Shown piece after piece: positions 19,866 to 28,511 of a DNA stretch of 64,000 bases. Made by a program: the position numbers and the translations under genes. The notes beneath the pieces are model-generated. The model saw only the letters and a program-made list of their open reading frames with translations, searched no databases and was not told the DNA's origin. This stretch comes from an uncultured Bifidobacterium sp. (GTDB taxonomy: Bacteria; Verrucomicrobiota; Verrucomicrobiia; Limisphaerales; JADLHS01): contig CAZKMR010000004.1 in the NCBI GenBank assembly GCA_964553795.1, positions 53,621 to 117,620 of the forward strand, read 5' to 3'. Numbering within the stretch: position 1 is the first letter of the stretch; each line of letters opens with the position of its first letter.

Positions 19866-20206
19866 CGCCCGGTTTGTCGCCGCGCAAATTGTTGTTTGTT
19901 TGCAGTCAGAACCGGTGGCGCAGTCCCACCGCTGAACAGATTTTTGATCGCTGGAACGGGTGCCGCGCCCGTTCGGCCGGAACGGAATCAGGTGCGCGGA
20001 TCAAATTAACCGCCGGACATCTGGGCTGGGCGGACGTCATCTTCGTCATGGAAAAGAAACACCTGCGCCGCCTGCGGGAGAACTTTGCGGAGCAAGTGTG
20101 CGACAAGCGCGTCATCTGCCTGAACATCCCGGACGATTATCAGTTCATGCAGCCGGAGTTAATCACGCTGTTGCAAGCCGCGGTTCCCCCGTATCTGGAA
20201 ACATGA
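19862..20206 (+). CDS. Low-molecular-weight phosphotyrosine-phosphatase-like protein
   Basis: 114 aa with a CX5R(S) P-loop, LLFVCSQNRWRSPTAE. ATGA overlap with argA. Confidence 0.8.
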   Translation: MTPGLSPRKLLFVCSQNRWRSPTAEQIFDRWNGCRARSAGTESGARIKLTAGHLGWADVIFVMEKKHLRRLRENFAEQVCDKRVICLNIPDDYQFMQPELITLLQAAVPPYLET

Positions 20207-20748
20207 ACCAAGCCCGATTGTTAAATGACTGCTTGCAGCGCTGCCGCGAACTTGGCATCGCGCCCACCCCCTTCATTTTTGTCGCGCAGGTTGCCTCGCA
20301 AACGGGTTTCCTGTTCGAGCCACCGTTCGATTCCGCTCTTTCCCGCGCGAAACATTATCGCATCTCCACGTCCAAATACGGGATCGGCCAGGTGGCCGGC
20401 TCGAACCAGACGCCGCTGGGTTTACATCGCATCGCCGAGAAAATTGGCGCGGGATGCGAACCGGGCACGGTTTTCAAAGGCCGCAAAGTCATCGGTCATT
20501 TGCGCGATGGGTTGCCGCTGGAATCCATCACTACCCGCATTATGCGGTTGGAAGGTTTGGAAGATGGCTTCAATCGCGGCGGCAACGTGGACACACACTC
20601 GCGATTCGTTTACATCCATGGCTTCGGCGACCAGCAGTCCCTCGGCACACCGACGTCGCTCGGTTGCATTCATCTGGCCGACACCGATTTGATTCCGCTC
20701 TTCGATTTGTTGCCGAGTGGAACACTCGTTTGGATTGCGGCAGAATGA
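20203..20748 (+). CDS. L,D-transpeptidase (YkuD) domain protein
   Basis: The C-terminal motif IHGFGDQQSLGTPTSLGCIHL is the YkuD H..G.S.GC catalytic signature. The ATG at 20203 forms an ATGA overlap with the previous gene. The ORF-track N-terminal extension from 19960 was rejected. Confidence 0.8.
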   Translation: MNQARLLNDCLQRCRELGIAPTPFIFVAQVASQTGFLFEPPFDSALSRAKHYRISTSKYGIGQVAGSNQTPLGLHRIAEKIGAGCEPGTVFKGRKVIGHLRDGLPLESITTRIMRLEGLEDGFNRGGNVDTHSRFVYIHGFGDQQSLGTPTSLGCIHLADTDLIPLFDLLPSGTLVWIAAE

Positions 20749-21707
20749 CCGGCTGCGAGGCGCAAATCCTCGCGAAGTTTCAACACGGCTTTTTCCTTCG
20801 CTTTGGCTTCCACCTCGACCGTGAGCGCCAGATTCCGCCACGCCTGTGGAAAATCCCGCGGATCAATAAAATCATGATGCCGCTCAGGAAAGGGTCGATT
20901 CCAACCATCGCGTGGACTCGAAATATGAAACAGCGGCTCGCGATCCCACGTGCCGAACGCCTCCGTCGTCGCTTGCTCGACGGTTAACTCATCCGGACAA
21001 CACCGGTGATGATGCGCGTCATAAACCAGCGGCACGCCTTCACGCCGACAGAGCGGCAACAAATCCGCCGGCGTAAATGTCTTGTCATCATTCTCAAGCG
21101 TCAGCCGGCGACGCGCGCGTTCTGAAAGGCGCTCCAAATGCTTTGCGAAGCGTTCCAGCGCCGCAGCCTTATCGCCGTATCCCCCGCCGCCGTGAATGTT
21201 CACGGTGTCGGCGTTCGTCCATTCGGCCACTTCCGCCTGCGCTTCGATATCGGCAATCGACCGCGCCACAATTTCCTCCGTCGGCGAATTCAACACCACA
21301 AACTGATCCGGATGAAATCCCGTGCGAATATTGTGCTGCCGCGCCAATTCCCCACAGCGCTCAAACGCCGCTACGACGCTATCTGCCGCCGGCAATTGCT
21401 CGACGCGATATCCGACCGTTGGATGCGTACGCAGCGGCAGAATGGGACTGAGAATCCGAAACGAGCTAATCCCGTAGGCGGCGCAAAACCCCAACGCCGC
21501 CTGCAATGCTTCCGCATTTGCCAGACACAATTCGGCCAGCCGCCGCAATTGCTCAGGCCGAGGCAGGCGTTGGAGCCCCGCCGCGGTTGTCGTGCGAAAC
21601 TTGATTGGCTGGGCGATGAACTGACAACACAAACCCAGTCGCAACCCGGACGCCGGAGCGGTTTGTCGTTCGTCTTCCTGAATTCGATTGGCGGCCGGCT
21701 TCGTCAT
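20670..21707 (-). CDS. uvsE: UV-damage endonuclease UvsE/UVDE
   Basis: 345 aa. LGLCCQF...IKFRTTT, SSFRILSPILPL, VNIHGGG and HHHRC match the UVDE TIM-barrel family. Confidence 0.88.
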   Translation of the reverse strand: MTKPAANRIQEDERQTAPASGLRLGLCCQFIAQPIKFRTTTAAGLQRLPRPEQLRRLAELCLANAEALQAALGFCAAYGISSFRILSPILPLRTHPTVGYRVEQLPAADSVVAAFERCGELARQHNIRTGFHPDQFVVLNSPTEEIVARSIADIEAQAEVAEWTNADTVNIHGGGGYGDKAAALERFAKHLERLSERARRRLTLENDDKTFTPADLLPLCRREGVPLVYDAHHHRCCPDELTVEQATTEAFGTWDREPLFHISSPRDGWNRPFPERHHDFIDPRDFPQAWRNLALTVEVEAKAKEKAVLKLREDLRLAAGHSAAIQTSVPLGNKSKSGIKSVSAR

Positions 21708-21849
21708 TGCGGGAAAATTAGCAGGATTTCAGTCACCTGCGAATGAACGGCTCCAGATTCAAACTCTGCCCCGCTTTTCTGCCGGTTGAATTCAGCGCTA
21801 AACCTCGGCGCACACTTGACTTGCCCGGAACTTTTCCCAACATCGCCGT

Positions 21850-22860
21850 GTGGCTCTTTTCACCATCCAAAGTGATTATCGATATGATGTCGTCCGCAAA
21901 ATTTTTGAGGGCGGCATGGGCGTCGTTTACGAAGCGGAACAACGGGGCATGCGCGATTTCGTGAAGCGTGTCGCCATCAAAGTCATTCGCGCCAACTACG
22001 CCAGCCAGAAAATGTTCATCGAGAACTTTATTGGGGAAGCCAAGCTCGTGGCCGACTTGATTCACACCAACATTGTTCAAACCTATCATCTCGGCGAGGC
22101 GAACAACGTTTGCTTTATCGCCATGGAATTGATTCGCGGCGTCAACTTGGAGCAATTCGCCCAACAATTGGCCGAGAAACGCAAACAACTGCCACTCGAA
22201 CTCGCGGTGTTTATCACGAGCCGCATTGCGCGGGGTTTGGCCTACGCGCATGCGAAGACCGGGCCCGACGGCAGACCGCTGGGCATCGTTCATCGGGACG
22301 TGAGTTTCAAGAACATCATGATCGCTTTCGAGGGCGACGTGAAACTGACGGATTTCGGCATCGCCAAGGCGCGCGGCTTCCTGACGGATCAAGAGGGTGA
22401 AGTCGTCGCCGGCAAGGCAGATTACATGAGCCCGGAACAGGCGGACTTTCAGATCACCGACAAACGTTCCGATCTATTTTCCGCCGGGGTCGTGCTGGCC
22501 AACTTGGTTCTCGGGCACAACATCTTCAAAGGCCCGACCGCCGAGGAATCCCGCCAGCGGATTCTCAAGCAGGCGATTCCTGATTTTCGCACCCTCGACA
22601 GCCGCGTGGACGACCGCTTGAACAGCATTTTGCACCGCTGCCTGACCCGCGATTTGAGCAAGCGCTTCGCCACTGCGGATGAACTGATGTACGAATTGGA
22701 GTATTATATTTATCACGGCGGCTACGGCCCGACCAACGAAACGCTCGGCAAATTTATTCGCGAGCTATTCGGCCAAACGCCCGTTGCCACGCGCATCGGC
22801 GAAATCCATGGGCAGACCGAGGTGTTGGAACAGACCGCGCCGCATCGTTCCAAGAGCTAA
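21850..22860 (+). CDS. Ser/Thr protein kinase, kinase domain only
   Basis: Motifs present: GGMGVVY (G-loop), VAIKVI, HRDVSFKN, DFG and YMSPEQ. GTG start at 21850; there is no in-frame ATG upstream of the G-loop. Confidence 0.85.
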   Translation: MALFTIQSDYRYDVVRKIFEGGMGVVYEAEQRGMRDFVKRVAIKVIRANYASQKMFIENFIGEAKLVADLIHTNIVQTYHLGEANNVCFIAMELIRGVNLEQFAQQLAEKRKQLPLELAVFITSRIARGLAYAHAKTGPDGRPLGIVHRDVSFKNIMIAFEGDVKLTDFGIAKARGFLTDQEGEVVAGKADYMSPEQADFQITDKRSDLFSAGVVLANLVLGHNIFKGPTAEESRQRILKQAIPDFRTLDSRVDDRLNSILHRCLTRDLSKRFATADELMYELEYYIYHGGYGPTNETLGKFIRELFGQTPVATRIGEIHGQTEVLEQTAPHRSKS

Positions 22861-22864
22861 TACC

Positions 22865-23767
22865 ATGAAGCGCAAAAATTCTGATTCGATTGTCCGGGTC
22901 GGCCTCTTGCAGCACGCCTGCGTGGCGGAACCCAAGTTTAACCGGCAGAAAACCCTTACCCTCGCCGAGCGCGCCGCCAAACAAGGCGCGCAAATTATCT
23001 GCACCCAGGAACTGTTCACTTCGCAGTATTTTTGCCAGAGCGAAGACCACGAAAATTTCAAACTCGCTGAGACCATCCCCGGGCCCAGCACTGACGCGTT
23101 TCAAAAACTCGCCAGGAAATACAAAGTCGTCATCATTGCTTCGCTCTTCGAGAAACGCACCGCCGGACTTTATCACAACACCGCCGCAATCATTGACGCG
23201 GACGGCTCGATTCTCGGTGTGTATCGCAAGATGCACATTCCGGACGATCCACTGTTTTACGAAAAATTTTATTTCACACCGGGAGATCTCGGGTTCCGCA
23301 CCTGGAACACGCGTCACGGCAAGATCGGCACGTTGATTTGCTGGGACCAATGGTATCCCGAAGGCGCGCGGCTCACGGCGATGCAAGGCGCCCAAATTCT
23401 GTTCTACCCCACTGCCATCGGCTGGCATCCGAGCGAGAAAAAAGCCTACGGGCTCAAACAACATGGTGCATGGGAAACCGTCCAACGCAGTCACGCCGTC
23501 GCCAACGGCTGCTACGTGGTCGCACCGAATCGCATCGGGCACGAGGTTTTGACAAACGTCGGCGGCGATGGCATCGAGTTCTGGGGGCAAAGTTTTGTGG
23601 CCGGGACTTACGGCGAAATTCTGGCGAAAGCGAGTGTGGACAAGGAAGAAATTCTCATCACCCCGGTGGACCTCACGCTTGTGGATCAAACCCGCACGCA
23701 CTGGCCCTTCCTGCGCGACCGCCGCATCGATGCCTACGGCGACATTACGAAGCGATTGATTGATTGA
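22865..23767 (+). CDS. aguB: N-carbamoylputrescine amidase (carbon-nitrogen hydrolase)
   Basis: YRKMHIPDDPLFYEKFYFTPGD and the catalytic-Cys motif LICWDQWYPE, plus YPTAIGW. The ATG at 22865 was chosen over the ORF-track start at 22784. Confidence 0.88.
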   Translation: MKRKNSDSIVRVGLLQHACVAEPKFNRQKTLTLAERAAKQGAQIICTQELFTSQYFCQSEDHENFKLAETIPGPSTDAFQKLARKYKVVIIASLFEKRTAGLYHNTAAIIDADGSILGVYRKMHIPDDPLFYEKFYFTPGDLGFRTWNTRHGKIGTLICWDQWYPEGARLTAMQGAQILFYPTAIGWHPSEKKAYGLKQHGAWETVQRSHAVANGCYVVAPNRIGHEVLTNVGGDGIEFWGQSFVAGTYGEILAKASVDKEEILITPVDLTLVDQTRTHWPFLRDRRIDAYGDITKRLID

Positions 23768-24626
23768 GCCAAACTACAAGCCAATCGTCTGGATCACCGG
23801 TGCGGGCGGTTTGATTGGGAATTATTTGGTTCAAACCGCGCCGCAACTCGACTTTGCGTTTCAACCGATTGGCCTCACGCGCGCCTCGCTTGATTTGCTT
23901 GATTTCGCAGCCGTGCGCGCGGCTTTTCAAGCACAACGGCCCGCCGCCATCATTCATTGTGCCGCCATGAGCCGAAGCCCCGACTGCCAGGCCAATCCCG
24001 CGCTCGCGCGAAAGATCAATGTCGAAACCACCGCCGCTCTCTCTGAACTTGCGGCCAACAGTCCATTCTTTTTCTTCTCCACCGACATGGTGTTCGACGG
24101 CCGCAAAGGCAATTACGTCGAGACAGATGCCGTCAATCCACTGAGCGTTTATTCCGAAACCAAAGTTGCCGCCGAGCAAATCGTGCTCGCGAATCCCCGC
24201 CACACCGTCATTCGCACGTCGCTCAACGGCGGCACCTCGCCGACCGGGGATCGCGGCTTCAACGAGCAGATCCGCCGCGCCTGGGAAGCTGGCCAGACGT
24301 TGAATTTCTTCTCCGATGAATTTCGAAATCCCATCCCTGCAGTCGTGACTGCCCGGGCCACTTGGGAACTGTTAACGAAAAATCAAACCGGCCTCTTTCA
24401 CGTCGCCGGGGCGGAAAAATTATCTCGCGCTCAGATCGGTGAACTCATGGCCGCACGCTGGCCGCAATTGAAGCCGCAGTTCAAAGTTGGTTCGTTGCAA
24501 GATTATCGCGGCGCGCCTCGCTCTCCCGACACGACGTTGAATTGCGCCAAGGTTCAAGCGCAACTGTCATTCCCCCTGCCCGGCTTGAGCGAATGGCTGC
24601 GGGAACATCAGGATGTAGCGTTCTGA
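23760..24626 (+). CDS. NAD(P)-dependent sugar nucleotide reductase, RmlD/dTDP-4-dehydrorhamnose-reductase-like
   Basis: Rossmann motif VWITGAGGLIGNYL, and an SVYSETK catalytic YxxxK region. Non-ATG (TTG) start with an 8-nt overlap with aguB; the start is uncertain. Confidence 0.75.
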   Translation: MIEPNYKPIVWITGAGGLIGNYLVQTAPQLDFAFQPIGLTRASLDLLDFAAVRAAFQAQRPAAIIHCAAMSRSPDCQANPALARKINVETTAALSELAANSPFFFFSTDMVFDGRKGNYVETDAVNPLSVYSETKVAAEQIVLANPRHTVIRTSLNGGTSPTGDRGFNEQIRRAWEAGQTLNFFSDEFRNPIPAVVTARATWELLTKNQTGLFHVAGAEKLSRAQIGELMAARWPQLKPQFKVGSLQDYRGAPRSPDTTLNCAKVQAQLSFPLPGLSEWLREHQDVAF

Positions 24627-24647
24627 TCTTCACTGCGGATGCACATT

Positions 24648-24727
24648 GCTGGTAGGGCGCGTCACTCCGTGCGCGCCGTTTGTGCCAGCCAGACGACGGC
24701 GCGCACGGAGTGACGCGCCCTACCAGC
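24648..24727. repeat. Perfect 31-bp inverted repeat (hairpin, 18-nt loop) between convergent genes; probable bidirectional terminator / palindromic repeat element
   Basis: 24648-24678 GCTGGTAGGGCGCGTCACTCCGTGCGCGCCG is the exact reverse complement of 24697-24727. Confidence 0.9.
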
Positions 24728-24757
24728 CGCAGCGAGTATCTCATATTGACTCACGCT

Positions 24758-25174
24758 CTAACCGATTCTGGTTTCCCCTAACTCCAAAAGTCGTTTCGCC
24801 TGCGCCTCGGTTAACGGTGTCACCGATAAACGCGATTGTTTCACCAGCGGCATGTCCTTTAGCGTTTTGTCCTGCTTGATGGTATCGAGCGTGACCGGTT
24901 GTTTCAAAGGTTTGACTGGCGCGATGTCCACGCAGGACCAATCTCCCTCCTCTGCGGTCGAATCGGGATAAAACTCCTTCGCGACCTTCGCGATGCCAAC
25001 CACCTGTTTGTCGGAAACGCTGTGATAGAAGAAAACGAGGTCGCCCTTTTTCATCGCCCGCAGATTGTTCCGCGCCTGAAAATTTCGCACGCCGGTCCAC
25101 GCGGTTTTGCCGTCTTTGACCAACTGCGCCCACGCGTACGCTTCGGGTTCGGACTTCGCCAGCCAGTAATTCAT
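24758..25174 (-). CDS. EVE (PUA-like, DUF55) domain protein
   Basis: MNYWLAKSEPEAYAWAQLVKDGKTAWTGVRNFQARNNLRAMKKGDLVFFYHS matches the EVE family. The internal Met start at 25174 was chosen. Confidence 0.85.
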   Translation of the reverse strand: MNYWLAKSEPEAYAWAQLVKDGKTAWTGVRNFQARNNLRAMKKGDLVFFYHSVSDKQVVGIAKVAKEFYPDSTAEEGDWSCVDIAPVKPLKQPVTLDTIKQDKTLKDMPLVKQSRLSVTPLTEAQAKRLLELGETRIG

Positions 25175-25275
25175 GGCCGCGATTCTGCCGCGCCGCATTC
25201 CTGAGGTCACGCGCTTTCCTCTCGCGAATTGACCTGCGCCCGCACGCCTGCCTATCGTGCGCCCATCAGTTGCGA

Positions 25276-28200
25276 ATGAACCCTGAACTCCCGGATCAAC
25301 GACCAAACGGCGACGGTCTCGATGCCACGCGCGAAGCTATGCGGCGTGACCTCAATCGTGCCAATACTGCCGTCGGCGTCATTCTGGTGGTGGTGTTGGG
25401 ACTCGCCATTGCCGCCGTCATCGCGGGTATGCGAGCCGCAAAAAATTTCGAACGCGCGGAAAAGGCGGAAGCGGCCAGCCGGGATCGGTTGTGGAATTCC
25501 TACGTGGCGCAGGCACGTGCCGTTCGTCTGACGCCGCAGGCCGGGCGCCGCGACGCGGTTCTCAACGTCATCAGCAACGCCACGTCCATTCGGCGCAACG
25601 CCGCTTTGCGCTCCGAAGCCGTCGCGACGTTGGCGTTGACCGACATCGAAGCGGCAATGCCGTTGCAATTTTTACCACGCGGCGTGGACCAAGTGGAAAT
25701 AGACACGGCGCTGGAACGCTTCGCGTATGGCAATTCTACCGGCGCAGTTTTGATCTGTCGCTTGCAAGACGGCACGGTGTTGCAAACGCTTTCCGCCCCC
25801 ACGCTCGGCACCGGCACGCGGCAAGGCGTCCGCAGTGTGGCGTTCAGCCCGGATGGAACGAAGCTCGCCGCGCGTTTTGTCGGCGGCGCGATGGTGATCT
25901 GGGAAATTGCGACGCAAGAAATCCTCGTCGCTTCCGCCGTTGAGGCAACCAATCTCGTGATCGCCGGCATGTCATTCTGGCCGGATGCGAACATAATCAG
26001 TTTCGGCGATGGGGACGCGCAGGGCCAGATTACCGTGTTCGATTTCGACACGAAAACGCGCGTCCACACCGCCTTGCGGGTCGGCGCACGGACGTTTCGA
26101 TTTCGTCCTGGCACTAGTCAGGTCGCCGTCGCCACCGACAACCGTGTGGATTTGTTTAACTACCCGGAGGAAGCTCCGCTGCAAACCCTGGAAACCGCCA
26201 CGCGCGTTTTCATCATGGCGTGGTCGCCCGATGGCACGAAACTCGTCGTCGCCACTGAAGACGGCGATCTCTACGTGTGGGATCTATTACGCGGCAACCA
26301 ACGCATTTTCCGCGGCCACAGCGAGCCGTGCATTCGTCTGACGTTCAGTCCGGATGGCGAATTGATCGCAAGCGGTTCGCGCGACGGCACGACGCGGCTC
26401 TGGGACGTGGCGCAGGGGCAAACCATCGTGATTGCGACCGAAGGTTTGGCGCACGTTTTTTCGCACGACGGTCAGCGCATCGGTTATTGGAAACCCTCCG
26501 TCGGCTTCGGCGTCTGGCAATTGGTCCGCAGCGACACCTACAAACTTCTCGTCTGTCCCAAAAGCGAAGGCGCGTTTCTTTCGATTGATCTTTCACCCAA
26601 TGGCCGCTGGTGCGTCGCCACGCAGAGCAAAGGCGCGCGGCTTTGGGATTTGTTCAACGACGCCCGCGAATTTTATTTTCCGAGCAGCGACATGCAATCC
26701 GTGCGCATCACGCCGGATGAAAGCGCGCTCTATGTTTGTCGCCGGCAACAATTGGAATACTGGCCCATTCGCACGAATGCCGCCGGGATTGAACTCGATG
26801 CCACCAACATTCGCGCCGTGACCTTGCCCGACGGCCAAGGTGCGCGGGGGATCGCGTTGAGTCTCGATGGCAAGAAAGCCGTAGTGGAACTGACCGATCT
26901 GCGACTCGTCATTCTGGACCTCGCCGGGAAAACCGCGCCGATTCCGCTGGAAGAAAGTTCGCGCCAAATCAGTTTGCGCACGCCCGGGAGTCCCACCGGC
27001 GCAGGACGTTTTACGATCAGCCCGGATGCGCGCTGGGTCGTGACCGGTTATGGCGTGGGCGAGGGAGATCGTCCCAAAGTCTGGGACGCGGCGACCGGGA
27101 AACTGATCACGACTCTCAACTTCGGCAGCGCGGTCATCACGTTCAGTCCGGATGGGCAACGACTCGGCGCAGCAGGACCGGCGGCGTTCGCGTTCTGGAA
27201 AACGGCTAATTGGGAATTGCTAAATCGCTTTGATCGCGATGAACCTTCGATTTCGCATGGCTCGCTGGCCTTCGTTCAGGACAGTGAAGAAGTGGCCGTC
27301 ACGCGCACCCGGCAGATTGCGCAATTGCGCCACAGCCTGACCAACGACGCCTACGCCGATCTCATCGCCCCGCAACTCCAGAGCGTAAACAGCATTCGCA
27401 TGTCGCTCGATGGCAGTGTCGTCGTGACCGCCAGCGCCACCGACAAGCTTCAGGTGTGGAATCTCAACGCCGCTCGCGCCAAACTACGCCCCGTTCGCCT
27501 CGACTGGCGCGTGCCGCAACCGAACACGCCCGAAACCATTCTCGCTCCCGCGCCGCAGGGCTCGCCCGTGCAAACCACATTGATCGTCAGCCTCGCGGGA
27601 TTCGGCCTCGCCGCTTTGTTCGGTCTCGCCACGCTCCGGCGTCATCGCCAGGCAATCGCCGGTTATCTCGCGGCCGAAACGCAAGTCGCGCGTCGCAATC
27701 GCGAATTGGAAGTCGCTAAAGTCGAATTGATGCACAGCCAGAAAATGCAAGCCCTCGGCACCCTGGCCGCCGGCATTGCGCATGATTTTAACAATTTGCT
27801 TTCGGTCATTCGCATGTCCAGCAAGCTCATCGGTCGCGCCACCAAGAACAATGCCGACATTCAGGAAAACGTGGCGGACATCGAACAAGCCGTCGTGCAA
27901 GGCAAGAACGTCGTGGGTTCAATGCTCGGCTACGCGCGCACGGAACCTACGGAAGTCGGTCCGACCGACGTCAGCGCTGTGGTGGAAGAAACCGTTTCGC
28001 TCTTGAGCAAAGAATTTCTCAGCGGCCTCACGCTGACGTTGGAACTGGATCGCAACGCGCCGGCGGTCGCCGTCAGCCGCGGCCGCCTTGAACAGGTGTT
28101 GCTCAATCTCATCGTCAATGCTTCCGAAGCAATGCAAGGCAAAGGAAAATTGAAAATCGCCGCCCATCCGCGCACACACCTGCCGACGCACAATTATACC

Positions 28201-28455
28201 TTGCGGCCAAAAACGACCGAGCGTTGCGTGGAACTCACCGTGGCCGACTCCGGTCCGGGCATCACACCGGAGGTTCGCCCGCGTTTGTTTGAGCCATTCT
28301 TCACGACAAAACGCGCGGGCGCCAAGGCCGGAACGGGCCTCGGATTATCGCTTGTTTATGCTATCGCCCAGCAGGATGGACTTGGCCTTGCGGTGGAAAG
28401 CGAGCCGAACAAAGGCGCCACTTTTATCCTGATTATTCCAATTTTAGATTCTTGA
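25276..28455 (+). CDS. Sensor histidine kinase with WD40-type beta-propeller between two TM helices
   Basis: TM1 is VGVILVVVLGLAIAAVIAG. Repeated WD-like units follow (VAFSPDGTKLAA...VIWE; WSPDGTKLVVATEDGDLYVWD; FSPDGELIASGSRDGTTRLWD; FSPDGQRLGAAG). TM2 is LIVSLAGFGLAALFGLATL. HisKA (LGTLAAGIAHDFNNLL) and HATPase (GTGLGLSLVY) follow. Confidence 0.88.
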   Translation: MNPELPDQRPNGDGLDATREAMRRDLNRANTAVGVILVVVLGLAIAAVIAGMRAAKNFERAEKAEAASRDRLWNSYVAQARAVRLTPQAGRRDAVLNVISNATSIRRNAALRSEAVATLALTDIEAAMPLQFLPRGVDQVEIDTALERFAYGNSTGAVLICRLQDGTVLQTLSAPTLGTGTRQGVRSVAFSPDGTKLAARFVGGAMVIWEIATQEILVASAVEATNLVIAGMSFWPDANIISFGDGDAQGQITVFDFDTKTRVHTALRVGARTFRFRPGTSQVAVATDNRVDLFNYPEEAPLQTLETATRVFIMAWSPDGTKLVVATEDGDLYVWDLLRGNQRIFRGHSEPCIRLTFSPDGELIASGSRDGTTRLWDVAQGQTIVIATEGLAHVFSHDGQRIGYWKPSVGFGVWQLVRSDTYKLLVCPKSEGAFLSIDLSPNGRWCVATQSKGARLWDLFNDAREFYFPSSDMQSVRITPDESALYVCRRQQLEYWPIRTNAAGIELDATNIRAVTLPDGQGARGIALSLDGKKAVVELTDLRLVILDLAGKTAPIPLEESSRQISLRTPGSPTGAGRFTISPDARWVVTGYGVGEGDRPKVWDAATGKLITTLNFGSAVITFSPDGQRLGAAGPAAFAFWKTANWELLNRFDRDEPSISHGSLAFVQDSEEVAVTRTRQIAQLRHSLTNDAYADLIAPQLQSVNSIRMSLDGSVVVTASATDKLQVWNLNAARAKLRPVRLDWRVPQPNTPETILAPAPQGSPVQTTLIVSLAGFGLAALFGLATLRRHRQAIAGYLAAETQVARRNRELEVAKVELMHSQKMQALGTLAAGIAHDFNNLLSVIRMSSKLIGRATKNNADIQENVADIEQAVVQGKNVVGSMLGYARTEPTEVGPTDVSAVVEETVSLLSKEFLSGLTLTLELDRNAPAVAVSRGRLEQVLLNLIVNASEAMQGKGKLKIAAHPRTHLPTHNYTLRPKTTERCVELTVADSGPGITPEVRPRLFEPFFTTKRAGAKAGTGLGLSLVYAIAQQDGLGLAVESEPNKGATFILIIPILDS

Positions 28456-28471
28456 TTTTGGATTTTGGATT
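28441..28471 (+). repeat. Left tandem-heptamer tract (ATTTTAG ATTCTTG ATTTTGG ATTTTGG ATT)
   Basis: Read directly from the sequence. It spans the histidine kinase stop codon (28453-28455). Its inverted counterpart is at 28861-28938. Confidence 0.85.
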
Positions 28472-28511
28472 CGCCTCGCCACGCCTCAAAAAAACTCAAC
28501 TCCACCACGAC

